A stretch of DNA of 64,000 bases from an uncultured Gammaproteobacteria bacterium (GTDB lineage: Bacteria > Patescibacteriota > Patescibacteriia > Magasanikbacterales > UBA922), in NCBI GenBank assembly GCA_964447765.1, contig CAYUTO010000004.1, positions 22,561-86,560 of the forward strand, in the 5' to 3' direction. This document shows positions 51,839 to 62,900 of this stretch, piece by piece (within the stretch, counting starts at the first letter, position 1; each line of letters starts with the position of its first letter). The position numbers and the translations under genes were made by a program. Below the pieces are notes generated by a model. The model had not been told where the DNA came from. It did no database searches and saw only the letters and a list, made by a program, of their open reading frames with translations.

Positions 51839-52876
51839 TTATCTCAAATATTTCGCCACATTCATATTATGTTCATCAAGCGTACGTCCATACTTTACTT
51901 CTCCCGTATCAAGAGTAGTCAAAAAATACCAATAACTATTAGGAGTTGGATGGAGCACTGCCTCAATTGAAGAAACACTCGGAGCTGAAATAGGACCAGC
52001 AGGAAGTCCGGGATATTTATACGTATTCCATGGTGAATCAGTATCCCGGTCCTTTGCAGTAGTAAATACACTATCAGGAGTACCTACAATATAGTGCACC
52101 GTGGAGTCAGCTTGCAGAGCCCAGCCAGACTTAAGTCTTCTCCAAAAAATATCAGCAACAATTTTTCGATCTTCCAAACTTCGTACTTCCCGCTCAAGTA
52201 CACTCGCAAGTGTCAAAATTTCAAACACACTCCGACCCGATTTTTCGATATCAGACCTAAATTTTTCAATCTGATCCTCTCGTTCGTTAATAAATTTATT
52301 CACTACTTCAAGTAGTGTTGCTTGTGCAAATACATTAAATGTCTCGGGAGCAAGATACCCTTCCAAACTTACATTTTCAGACTTACCATGAAATAAAAAA
52401 CGATTCACATCAATATCCAATTCAGGTTTTTGTAATTTCACTGGGGTACCGAGCAATGTATACACCTCAGCACTCGTCGCTATTCCCTGCTTTTCAAAAC
52501 TCTCCGCAATATCTCGTAAATTTGAACCCGGGATAATCGTCACTACACGCTCTGCCCCTGGTTTTTCCTCTGAAAGTAATTCAGCAACGCCAACAATCGT
52601 CAGAGCCTTATCAAAAATGATAGTACCATGTGTGATCGAACGGTCGAACTTTTTCCACGCAACATACTTTTGCAAAATTGATGCACTGGAAACAATATTC
52701 ATCTCCTCTAGACGCTTCGCAATTGAAGCGACGCTCTCCCCTTGCTCAATAGCAAAGGAGACTTCGGAAGTAAAATCAAACTTCGTAACATAGATTTTTC
52801 TATACAAAACAAAAACAACGATACCCAAAATAAGGACGATTAACAAAAATAATCGTTTCAGTAGTTTAAAACTCAT
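51839..52876 (-). CDS. mltG: Endolytic transglycosylase MltG
   Basis: N-terminal TM, LEGYL.PET, ASVLERE, LQADST, WNTY..PGLP.GPI. Confidence 0.92.
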   Translation of the reverse strand: MSFKLLKRLFLLIVLILGIVVFVLYRKIYVTKFDFTSEVSFAIEQGESVASIAKRLEEMNIVSSASILQKYVAWKKFDRSITHGTIIFDKALTIVGVAELLSEEKPGAERVVTIIPGSNLRDIAESFEKQGIATSAEVYTLLGTPVKLQKPELDIDVNRFLFHGKSENVSLEGYLAPETFNVFAQATLLEVVNKFINEREDQIEKFRSDIEKSGRSVFEILTLASVLEREVRSLEDRKIVADIFWRRLKSGWALQADSTVHYIVGTPDSVFTTAKDRDTDSPWNTYKYPGLPAGPISAPSVSSIEAVLHPTPNSYWYFLTTLDTGEVKYGRTLDEHNMNVAKYLR

Positions 52877-53925
52877 AAATAATTTTCTTTACCGTCTTCT
52901 TGAAGTTTAGATAACAACGCTTTGATTTCAGGAACCTGATCTTTATGAACCACCAAAAGTGCATCCTTGGTATTCACCACAACCATCCCTTTCAAACCAA
53001 TCACAGAAACTAATTTATCAGGCTCATCATTGAAAACAAAAGAATCACTCGAACCCATTTCATAAGTATTACCAATCGTAACAGTTTGATCAGGTCTACT
53101 CTGTAATGCTTCTTTGAGAGCATACAGTGTTCCTGGATCACTCCAACCCAAATCTACGGGCAATACAACTGCCTGTGATTGATCAATTTTTTCAATAATT
53201 GCATTATCAAAAGATGAAACCAGCACACTCGAATATTCTGTTTCAAGATTGCGAGATCCCTCAACCATTGCAGAGACTGCAGTATATAGGTCATGTTGAT
53301 GTTCCTGGTACAGTCCTAGTACAAAATCAATGTCTGCAACAAAATATCCCGGATTCCACTGCCACATACCCGAATCAAACATCTCTTCACATTCAACAAG
53401 ATCTGGTCGATATTTCCATCCCTCAAAAGTAAACACTCCTTCTCCAATCTCTTCACCAACTTGTATCCAACCTAAATTATGATTAGGAAATCGTGGTTTT
53501 TCTGCGAGAAAAATAAATCGATTACTATTTTCAGCAATCAATTCTTCTGCACGAACAAGAGCAGCGCGAAAATTGTCTGGTCGATCCATAAAATGATCTG
53601 CCCAGAGCAAGGCAACCGTGCCTGAAATCCCCTTCTGTTTGAGTCGCAAAAGTCCGAGCAATACTGCTGCAGCCAAATCTCTCCGCGCAGGCTCACTCAT
53701 AATATGGTCCACTGGTATTCCAGGGATCTGACCCTCGACCAATTCTACATATCGACTATTAGTTGAAATATAGACATGCTCAAGCCCAAACGGCGAGATT
53801 CGCTCGACCGCCATCTGAAGCGTAGACTTGTCATCTTTTAATTTTTCAAACTGTTTTGGAGACTGTGACCGGCTAATAGGCCACAATCGAGTGCCTGCTC
53901 CACCTGCAAAAATAAGAAAATTCAT
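52873..53925 (-). CDS. Mannose-1-phosphate guanylyltransferase-like nucleotidyltransferase
   Basis: AGG.GTRLWP.SR...PKQF, EP, ADH, WNPG, WSD.G. Confidence 0.88.
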   Translation of the reverse strand: MNFLIFAGGAGTRLWPISRSQSPKQFEKLKDDKSTLQMAVERISPFGLEHVYISTNSRYVELVEGQIPGIPVDHIMSEPARRDLAAAVLLGLLRLKQKGISGTVALLWADHFMDRPDNFRAALVRAEELIAENSNRFIFLAEKPRFPNHNLGWIQVGEEIGEGVFTFEGWKYRPDLVECEEMFDSGMWQWNPGYFVADIDFVLGLYQEHQHDLYTAVSAMVEGSRNLETEYSSVLVSSFDNAIIEKIDQSQAVVLPVDLGWSDPGTLYALKEALQSRPDQTVTIGNTYEMGSSDSFVFNDEPDKLVSVIGLKGMVVVNTKDALLVVHKDQVPEIKALLSKLQEDGKENYL

Positions 53926-53936
53926 AGATACGTACC

Positions 53937-54503
53937 TTACCACAAGAAACTAAATGGTTCAATAATATAATACAAAGCCAGTGGTAACAGCGCCAAAATA
54001 GCACTAGCTACAATAAATCCCCCCACAATATCACGAGGATAATGCACTCCTACATATACCCGAGAAAATGAGACAAAAATAGCAGAAATATACATGATGG
54101 CCATTAACCATAGAGGCGTCGAGGGTAGGAACAGTAATACTCCCGCGAGAAGAAAAGCACCAATAGTATGATCAGAAGGAAACGATTTCCAGGTGCCCAC
54201 GGTATGTATGAGTTGTCTACTCTCAGGAAATTCAATTCGTGGACGAGGATGCTTGAATAAAACAGCAAAAAGATAACTAACCATCTCAGCACAAATAAAC
54301 GCAATAATAAATAACTCAAGATAAAGTTTTAACCAAGAACTGTTCCCCTGACTCCATACATACAATCCATAGACAGTAACCAAAACAAGCATGAGAAAAA
54401 CTAAAATATTGGCACAAAAAATCATAAATCGATCACGACGAGGATTTTTTCCAATAGACGCGTTAATCCTCAAAAATAATTTGTGGCTCCAAGATTGTTT
54501 CAT
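53937..54503 (-). CDS. PAP2-family phosphatase (undecaprenyl-diphosphatase-like)
   Basis: RP, SFPSDH, SRVYVGVHYPRD. Confidence 0.9.
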   Translation of the reverse strand: MKQSWSHKLFLRINASIGKNPRRDRFMIFCANILVFLMLVLVTVYGLYVWSQGNSSWLKLYLELFIIAFICAEMVSYLFAVLFKHPRPRIEFPESRQLIHTVGTWKSFPSDHTIGAFLLAGVLLFLPSTPLWLMAIMYISAIFVSFSRVYVGVHYPRDIVGGFIVASAILALLPLALYYIIEPFSFLW

Positions 54504-54512
54504 ACGAACCCT

Positions 54513-55622
54513 TTATTGTTTGGATTTAATAAACCTAAGATACGCTTCGACAAATTCATCTAATTCTCCATTCAAAATAGCGTCCGTATCTGCAGTCTCA
54601 TGTCTAGTGCGAACATCTTTCACCATTTTATAAGGCTGCAATACATAGGATCTAATTTGATTCCCCCATTCAGCGCTCTTATGTTCTCCACGAAGTTTCA
54701 GTCGTTCTTCCTCTTCTTTTTCATCCTGAAGCTTAAGCAACTTTGAAAGCAATACTTTCATTGCAGTTTCTTTGTTTTGTAATTGTGATCGTTCATTCTG
54801 ACATTGCACCGTAATCCCCGTAGGAATATGAACTAACCGCACAGCTGAATAAGTAGTATTTACGCTCTGCCCACCTTTTCCACCTGCCATGAATGTATCA
54901 ATACGAAGATCTTTGGGATCAATAGTGACCGCATCAGCACTTTCAACCTCAGGAATTACTTCAATCAAAGCAAAGGAGGTGTGTCGCATCTGTTCAGCAT
55001 CAAACGGTGAAATTCGTACCAGGCGATGGGTACCATGCTCACTTTTCAGATGACCGTAGGCGTAACGCCCTTCAACTCTAAAGGTTACTGATTTAATCCC
55101 CGCTTCATTCCCTCGTGATTCATCAATCATGATTGTATTCCAACTTTTTTTCTCAGCATAACGCATCACCATACGAAGAAGCATCTCCGCCCAATCTTGA
55201 GCTTCAGTCCCTCCGCTCCCCGCATGAATGGATACAATCGCACCAAGTTTATCATGCTTTCCACTCATCAAAACCAAAAATTCTAATTTTTCAAACTTCC
55301 TCTCCAACTCTTCTGTTTTTGTTATGACATCAACCTCGAGTGACTCATCCGGACTTTCCACCAAATCTTGTGCAAACGAAAAAAGCTCACGAGTTTCTTT
55401 CTGAAGAGTTTCCCATGTTTCAATTTCAGACGCCAAACTCTCTCGCTGTTTTGATACTTGTCCAGCTCGCTCTGAATCGGTCCAAAATGCAGGATCCTGC
55501 ATACTTTTTTCCAAATGTACCACCTGCTCTTTAAGCTCATCAATCCGAAGAAGTTTCCACGTATCAGTGATTTTAGTATCAAGCGTTTCTAGTCGTCCAA
55601 TTACGTCTTTAATAGTACTCAT
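54513..55622 (-). CDS. prfB: Peptide chain release factor 2
   Basis: SPF anticodon-mimic (RISPFD), GGQ motif, WGNQIRSY; continuous frame. Confidence 0.96.
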   Translation of the reverse strand: MSTIKDVIGRLETLDTKITDTWKLLRIDELKEQVVHLEKSMQDPAFWTDSERAGQVSKQRESLASEIETWETLQKETRELFSFAQDLVESPDESLEVDVITKTEELERKFEKLEFLVLMSGKHDKLGAIVSIHAGSGGTEAQDWAEMLLRMVMRYAEKKSWNTIMIDESRGNEAGIKSVTFRVEGRYAYGHLKSEHGTHRLVRISPFDAEQMRHTSFALIEVIPEVESADAVTIDPKDLRIDTFMAGGKGGQSVNTTYSAVRLVHIPTGITVQCQNERSQLQNKETAMKVLLSKLLKLQDEKEEEERLKLRGEHKSAEWGNQIRSYVLQPYKMVKDVRTRHETADTDAILNGELDEFVEAYLRFIKSKQ

Positions 55623-55784
55623 AATAGAGCTAGTGTAACGAAAATAGAAGGATAATTCAAGTATAAAAATGAAGAAGCCCGGACCGTTGTTACACGATTC
55701 GGGCTTCGGTCATAGTCCGAGTCGCCACAGCAGACCGGGGTCTGAAATGATAGGATGTCGAACTAATGTTGTGTTGTAGTTCCG

Positions 55785-56531
55785 TCAGGTCGGGAGGTAT
55801 CCCGACGCAGAACCGTTGTACGGACTAGCTTCATCGATCCAGCGTGCACTGAAATACAGACAATCCATGTTCTGAATATTGAAGTTCGGGGCGCACATTT
55901 CTCGTCCAAGGAGATCCAACGGATCGTATGCATCTCCAGCACAATCGATATTCAAATCACTACGATGCTGCAGACGTTCAGGATGCGTCAGAAGCATGGT
56001 CCCGACCATGTATGAGTCGAGACCGAACTCATTTCGACCGAACATCTCACGCGCTCGACGGATCGAACGTCCGCGGTGACGGAGTCCGAATTGAGCAGGA
56101 ATGATGAGGATATCGCCCGACTGTTGTTCCGTGAGCCGCGTGAGCCATGTCCAGTGCAGAGACTTCGTGCGGTGTATCTGCTGCGGAACGAACTTGGAAT
56201 TTCCAAGACGCACGCCCGTGCCACGACTCAGACGAAGCGCTGCCAGCACATGAGCCAACTGATTTGTCTCTTTTTCAAACGTACGAGAGTCACTACCATC
56301 ATGGCAGTACAGATTCTTCGGTCGGACGAGAGCGAAGGGGTCCTCCACCCACCTGGGAATCTTGAGGTTCGGATACACCTCGCGCATGTACCGCAGAGCA
56401 GGATCAGGATCCAGATTCGACCAGTGAGACCGGATGATGTCGATCTGGTCCTCCACACTCTTCGGCTTCTCATAGCCAGAGTAATAACCCCACTTGGACA
56501 CCTTCTCTTCGTTAGCGAATCGGTTGCTCAT
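55785..56531 (-). CDS. Hypothetical protein (GC-rich, own promoter)
   Basis: AGGAG SD; TTGACA-17-TAGTTT at 56607-56635; ILIIPAQFGLRHRGRS motif. Confidence 0.7.
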   Translation of the reverse strand: MSNRFANEEKVSKWGYYSGYEKPKSVEDQIDIIRSHWSNLDPDPALRYMREVYPNLKIPRWVEDPFALVRPKNLYCHDGSDSRTFEKETNQLAHVLAALRLSRGTGVRLGNSKFVPQQIHRTKSLHWTWLTRLTEQQSGDILIIPAQFGLRHRGRSIRRAREMFGRNEFGLDSYMVGTMLLTHPERLQHRSDLNIDCAGDAYDPLDLLGREMCAPNFNIQNMDCLYFSARWIDEASPYNGSASGYLPT

Positions 56532-56673
56532 CACAGATCTCCTGATTGATTGTGGTTCGGTCTGACAATGTGCCAGATTCTAATACTAAACTTCTCAGAA
56601 CAAAGCAAACTACCATAATAAGTGCTTTTTGTCAATACAAAAACTCCCCGCTTTAGACGGAGAGTTTTTAAAA

Positions 56674-59600
56674 CTATTTCAACTCTTCACCATCCTCATA
56701 CACTTCATTCTCATCAATTACGATGATGCGATCTCCTCTAAAGTTAAGTTTAGTGAATGCATCTTCAGTTACGATCCATCGTTTGATGAGCTTAGATGAA
56801 TCAGTAGGATCTACTTCAAGACGATACACTTTGGGAGAAGTAGTATATTTGATGAGGGTGTAGGCAGGATGAACGTCGGTTCTCGTAATCTCTTCACCCA
56901 CCTTATATGCATCAAGAAGACGAGGGTCTACATCTTCAATCCAGTCTGAGCGATAGTTCAACTTGTTGAACACTTCTTCACTGGTAATCCAGTATTTCGT
57001 ATCATTAATGAGTACATAGACTTTAGGATCATAGGGAGTTTTAATGAGTGCTCCATAGGTTGGACGATACAGGGGTCCGAGAGGTAAGAATGACAGCGGA
57101 TCAAGAGGGACTGAAGTGAGGGTTACATTGGTAACCACACCTACATCACTCCATGATGAGAAGTAAGTAAAATACGTTCGTTCATTCGGAATTGGCCGCC
57201 TCGTACAGTCTGACGTGACATAGAATACTGAAGGAGAGCCTGATGATTTATATGGCTGCTCCGGAGTAAGTGGACATGCGTTTGAGGTAAGGGTAATCGT
57301 GTCTGAAAGAATGAGTTCTCCCCCTTCAGGAGTTCGTAATTTAACGTATACGGTCTTTTCTCCATTCCCAAGAGGGAGCGTGTACCAGAGTGGAGAGATG
57401 AGTGATTCAAATGATCCATTGGCGAATGTAGGGTCAGTAGAAACAGCAACCATGGAAGCATTAGGTGAAGTTATATGCAGAGACACCAAGCGACTGTTTG
57501 TTGAGAGTGCTCCCTGGTTGATCGTGAAGTGAGATGCTGAAGACGGAAGGGTGGGAGGAAGGTATGGGATACCGCCGTTTGAGGAAGATGTATCGTTAGA
57601 GTCACTGTCACCCTCCCCTTCTTCACCCATCAGAGCAAAAAGTGAGAATCCAGGAGTGTCACAGGTGACGGTAAAAAGACTCGTGTTAATTGTGCACGGA
57701 GAGAGTTCGGTCCATGTGCTAGTTGCATAACGATAAATAACTAAGGTAGTAGGGTCGAGACTCCCAAGTGTATCTGGATCGTAGGTCATGGTGAGTTCAA
57801 TTGGTTCATCGAATTCTGAGATGATAGTTGAGGTGTTTGCAATTGCTTTGAGATGAAAAACGAGAGAACCAACGACTGTTCTACCAGCAGGAATGCCTCC
57901 GTCTTCAATCACCGTTACAGTATCTACTTGTTTAATCTGGAACACAACATCAGTGGAAGTAGTAAATGCAGGAGGAATATCAAGAGCAATACTCTCAGCT
58001 ACCGTCTCAAGTTGAATAGTAGCACCTAAACTTGAAGAAACTGCAGAACTCTCTGAAGCAATTACCGGCGCTGAAAATGAACACCCTTGAGTCACAAACG
58101 TGCGATGAGAACTAGTTGCAACATCACCATCAGCTGTCACAGCACGAGGAGTGTAGTGATAAACCGTACAAGGTAGTAACCCAGTCATCAAAACTTCATG
58201 AGTAGTAACTCTGGAAGATGTATTACTCTCAGTAGTCGAAACTCCCAGTGATGCAACCAACCCATACAACACTCGAGATGAAGCAAGTCGATTAGTAGAC
58301 CACGAGATAGTAGCAGTTGAAGTGCTGATATTAGTTGAAGTGACACTAGAAATGCTTAATAGTGCGTTAGTGATAGTAGAAGTAACAGAAGAATACGCAC
58401 TCGAAGTCGATACGTTATCAGCGCGCACTTGAAATGAATAACTAGAATTAGGAGTGAGTCCAGTAAAAGTATAACTTGTCTCAGTAGTAGTAACGACTGA
58501 CCCCACAGTACTAGAGATAGAGTAGAATGTTGCACCTGCAGCAGAAGACCACGACAATTGAACTGAAGAAGTAGAAAAAGTACTTGTAGTAAATTCAGGA
58601 GAGGAAAGACTAGTCAATTCTGAAAATGTCAAAATATATGCAGCTCCTGAATTAGAACCATTTACATTTGTTTCACTTGGAGCACCTACAATCAACACAT
58701 CATTAGTTTTATCAAAAGAAACCTCAACACCAAACCATGAATCAATACTTGCATCAGATGCAACCAATTTTTCATTCTCTTCCCAATCTCCACTTTCTCG
58801 GTCAAAAATATATACGGCTCCAGTGTCAGTAGTATTACCAGATGCACCAATCGCAACTTTCTCACCTAGACCATCGATTGCAACAGCTTCACCAAAAAAG
58901 TTACTTGCTGCAGCATCACTTGCGACAACCTTTTGATCTAATGACCACGATACCCCACTCCGCACAAAAACATACCCCGAACCAGAAGCACTCCCAGCGT
59001 CATCATTTGAATAAGCTCCAACAACGACATACTCCCCTGAATCAGAAATGGAAACTGCATTACCAAAAAAATCACTAGCGGCAGGATCATTTGCATTTAG
59101 TTTTGCCTGTTGAGCCCAAGTACTGGTCGTACGATAAAACACATAGGCAGAACCAGAACTAAGAGCAGTATCATCATCATTCGGAGCTCCGACAAGTATA
59201 TAATCACCTGATTCTGAGATATCTACAGCTCGACCAAACCAATCGTCAGCCGCCCGGTCGGTAGGAACTATTTTTTGCTGTTGTGACCATACTCCACTTC
59301 CATCTCTTTTAAAAATATATGCAGAGCCTGCTGCACTCAATGTATTAGCACCCGCAGCATCCTGATCCTCGCGATATGCACCAATAATTGCATATTCACC
59401 CGCCATAGCAAGTTTATCACCAAAAAAATCTTGATTTGCAAGATCACTTGAAACAAGTCTTTGATGAAGATCCCATGAGGAGCCCGTACGTTTATAGACA
59501 AACACCGCACCAGCCTGCGACCCATCATTATGGTCGGTCACCATAGCATAATCACCCGCAATCGCTACATTTTCCGCAAAAAAAGTAGAACCAGTCGATG

Positions 59601-59868
59601 TGGTAATCATCGCCTGCTGAATCCAAGAACCATCCTCAAAATGAAAAATATAAGCTTTCTTTTGATTATCAACTCCAACTATTGCATAGTCGCCAGAGAC
59701 ATCAACTGAGTATCCAAATCCCTGACTAGCCACTCCATCTGAAGGAAGAATTTTAGCATCTTCTACCCAAGCGGCCCGAATAAAATCAAAATGAATATAA
59801 AAAGATAAAAAACCAAAAGCAATAATGCTTAAAATCCAAAAAGATTTGTTAAAAAGAAATTTTTGCAT
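56674..59868 (-). CDS. Secreted/surface protein: FG-GAP beta-propeller, FN3-like stalk, C-terminal repeat module
   Basis: Signal peptide; repeated FG..V.ISG...VGA...G.AYIF; FN3 motif YTFTGLTPNSSYSFQVRA. Confidence 0.88.
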   Translation of the reverse strand: MQKFLFNKSFWILSIIAFGFLSFYIHFDFIRAAWVEDAKILPSDGVASQGFGYSVDVSGDYAIVGVDNQKKAYIFHFEDGSWIQQAMITTSTGSTFFAENVAIAGDYAMVTDHNDGSQAGAVFVYKRTGSSWDLHQRLVSSDLANQDFFGDKLAMAGEYAIIGAYREDQDAAGANTLSAAGSAYIFKRDGSGVWSQQQKIVPTDRAADDWFGRAVDISESGDYILVGAPNDDDTALSSGSAYVFYRTTSTWAQQAKLNANDPAASDFFGNAVSISDSGEYVVVGAYSNDDAGSASGSGYVFVRSGVSWSLDQKVVASDAAASNFFGEAVAIDGLGEKVAIGASGNTTDTGAVYIFDRESGDWEENEKLVASDASIDSWFGVEVSFDKTNDVLIVGAPSETNVNGSNSGAAYILTFSELTSLSSPEFTTSTFSTSSVQLSWSSAAGATFYSISSTVGSVVTTTETSYTFTGLTPNSSYSFQVRADNVSTSSAYSSVTSTITNALLSISSVTSTNISTSTATISWSTNRLASSRVLYGLVASLGVSTTESNTSSRVTTHEVLMTGLLPCTVYHYTPRAVTADGDVATSSHRTFVTQGCSFSAPVIASESSAVSSSLGATIQLETVAESIALDIPPAFTTSTDVVFQIKQVDTVTVIEDGGIPAGRTVVGSLVFHLKAIANTSTIISEFDEPIELTMTYDPDTLGSLDPTTLVIYRYATSTWTELSPCTINTSLFTVTCDTPGFSLFALMGEEGEGDSDSNDTSSSNGGIPYLPPTLPSSASHFTINQGALSTNSRLVSLHITSPNASMVAVSTDPTFANGSFESLISPLWYTLPLGNGEKTVYVKLRTPEGGELILSDTITLTSNACPLTPEQPYKSSGSPSVFYVTSDCTRRPIPNERTYFTYFSSWSDVGVVTNVTLTSVPLDPLSFLPLGPLYRPTYGALIKTPYDPKVYVLINDTKYWITSEEVFNKLNYRSDWIEDVDPRLLDAYKVGEEITRTDVHPAYTLIKYTTSPKVYRLEVDPTDSSKLIKRWIVTEDAFTKLNFRGDRIIVIDENEVYEDGEELK

Positions 59869-59929
59869 AGTCCTATAATAAAGTATAGTGATAGTATATC
59901 ATATCAAAAAATAAAAATTTTAACCTTCT

Positions 59930-62900
59930 TTATTCCAAACTTTCACCATCTTCATACACTTCACTCTCACCAATCACGATGATTCGATCTCCTCTGAAGT
60001 TGAGTTTCTTGAACGCGTCCTCAGTTACAATCCAGCGCTTGATAAGTTTGGTTGCATCAGTAAGATCAACTTCAAGACGATAGACCTTGGGGGAATTTTG
60101 GTACTTAATCAGAGTGAACGCAGGATGAACGTCAGTTCGAGTTATTTCTTCTCCTACATTATATGCATCAAGAAGACGAGAATCTACATCCTCGATCCAG
60201 TCTGAGCGATAGTTAAGTTTAGCGAATACTATCTCATCCGTGACCCAATATTTGGTGTCGTTAATCAAAACGTATACTTTGGGATCTCCCGGTGTCTTGA
60301 TGAGTGCTCCATAGGTAGGACGGTACAAAGGACCAAGAGGAAGGAAAGAGAAAGCATCGAGAGGCACTGAAGTAAGAGTAGCAAGAGATACAACACCTAC
60401 ATCGCTCCATGATGAAAAGTAAGTAAAATACGTTCTTTCATTCGGAATTGGCCGTCTCGTACAGTCTGACGTGACGTAGAATACTGAGGAAGAACTCAAT
60501 GTTTTGTAGGGACGCTCTGGTGTAAGTGGGCATGCGTTTGAGGTTAGAGTAATAGTATCTGAGAGGATGAGCTCTCCCCCTTCAGAGGTTCGTAATTTGA
60601 TATAAACCGTCTTTTCTCCATTCCCGAGAGGGAGTGTATACCAGAGTGGAGAAATCAGTGATTCAAATGATCCATTGGTAAATGTAGAATCAGAAGAGAC
60701 AGCAACCATCGAAGCATTAGGTGAAGTTATATGCAGAGACACCAAGCGACTGTTTGTTGAGAGCGCTCCTTGATTAATAGTAAATTGAGATACCGAAGAC
60801 GGAGGGGCGGGAGGGATATATGGGATACCACCGTTTAAGGGAGATGTATCACCAGCACCACCCTCATCATCCCCTTCTTCTCCCATAAGAGCAAAAAGTG
60901 AGAATCCAGGGGTGTCACAAGTAACGGTAAAGGCGTTCGTATTTACAGTGCAAGGAGAAAGTTGTGTCCATTCGTCATCAGTATATCTAAAGATTGACAA
61001 CGTCGTTGTATCAATCCCCTCAAGGTCACTTGGATCATACGTCATAGTAACCTCAACCGGTTCATCAAAAGTTGAGATAATAGTTGAAGTGTCTGAAATA
61101 GCTTTAAAATCAAAAACAAGAGACCCGATAATATTTTTACCCGCAGGCAACCCTCCATCAGTCGTAACAATATCCTTCTCAAGTCGCTTGAGCTGAAAAG
61201 CGGCGGCAGTCGTACTTGTAAATCCAGTTGGCACAGTAAGGGAAACCCCGTTACCTGATTCCAAAAACGTAATCGACCCTCCAGACGAAGAAGACACTAC
61301 GGAAGCTTCATGAGATATAATTGGTGCAGAAAATTGACACCCCCGAGTAGCAAAGGTGCGTTTAGAACTCGTAGTAAAATCTCCTGATCCTGCAACCGCT
61401 CGAGGTGTATAATTATAAACCGTACAAGGAACAAGATTAGTAAGAGAAACCTCATGATCAAGAACTCGAGTGAGTGTATTGATTTCTGTAGTAGACACAC
61501 CGAGGGAAGTAATAAATCCGTATAAAATTCGAGAAGACGCAGGGCGGTTCGTAATCCAAGAGATAGTTGCAGTCGAAGTTCCAACGTTAGTTGAAGTCAC
61601 ATTTGAAATAACAAGAGTTGGTTGTGTTGAGGTGGTAAAAACAGAAGAATAAGAACTTGAAGTTGATAAATTATTTGCTCGTACTTGGAACGAATAACTC
61701 GTATTAGGATTAAGTCCAGAAAAAGTATAATTAGTTGCAGCAGTAGTAACTGGAGAAGTCGCAGTTGAAGAAACAGTATATGAGGTTGCACCAGAAACAG
61801 GTGACCATGAAAATGGTATAGAAGCTGCCGCAGCGGTAAAAGAAACAAACGAAGGAACTCCAAGAGAACTTCCCTCGGAGAGGGTGAACATCATAATTCG
61901 AGAATTCCCATTATCAGCCACATATAACCGATCATTATTAGAATCATAGGTTACCCCCTTAGGTGTTGCAAATTTTGATTGCGAAGCAGAGCCTGCTGCA
62001 CCCGTAAAATCAGTCTGCCCAAGAACATAACTTGCATTCATGCCATTTGAAATTGTGGTTGTTGAAAAGTCATATACTACCACTCGATCACTATCATTAT
62101 CTCCCACAAATAAACGTTGATTTTCTGCATCATACGCAAGACCTTGCGGATCATCTAATCCCGATTGTGTTGCAGCTGCAGAACTCCCTGTAAACGTTGA
62201 CTGACCAAGAACATAACTCGCACTTGGAAAATCAACTTCAGTCGTATTTGCAGGCGAAGCATCAAAAATAGATATTCTGTGAGCTGTAGTTTGAGTAACA
62301 TACAGACGTTCATTATCAACATCATAGGTCACGCCTCGCGTGCTAGGTAATGATGAAGTACTGATACCTGAATAGCCATTATCGAAATCCGGTGCACCAA
62401 AAATATATTTAGCATTCATACCATTTGAAATGGTACTCGTTGCAACATCGAACACAATAACTACTGCACCGCCCACAAAAAGTCGCTGATGTACAGGGTT
62501 ATAAGCCAACCCTGCTGGACTTGATAAACCTGCTTGTGTACCTAAAGCACTACCGTTCGTAAATAGAATCTGTCCAAGAACATAATTAGCAGGCATGCCG
62601 TTCGAAATTGTCGTTGTAGAAAAATCGTATACCTTAACACGATTATTACCTGTATCAGAGACAAACAAACGATTACTCACCAGATCATATGCAAGTCCGT
62701 CAGTATTATTGAAACCTACTTGGGTAGTCGCCGAACTATTGCCAGTAAATAAAGCTTGTCCAAGAATATGTAACGCAGGCTTACCATTTGAAATAGTCGT
62801 TGTGGAAAAATCAAAAATACTTACACGATTCGAATTAGACACAAAAAGTCGGCTATTATTTGAATCATACACGAGACCGTCAGGTGAAACCAATCCTACC

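Noticed and set aside
56674-61870. Diversity-generating retroelement TR/VR pair
   Set aside because: Both copies are coding, differences are not adenine-specific by eye, and no RT is in the window
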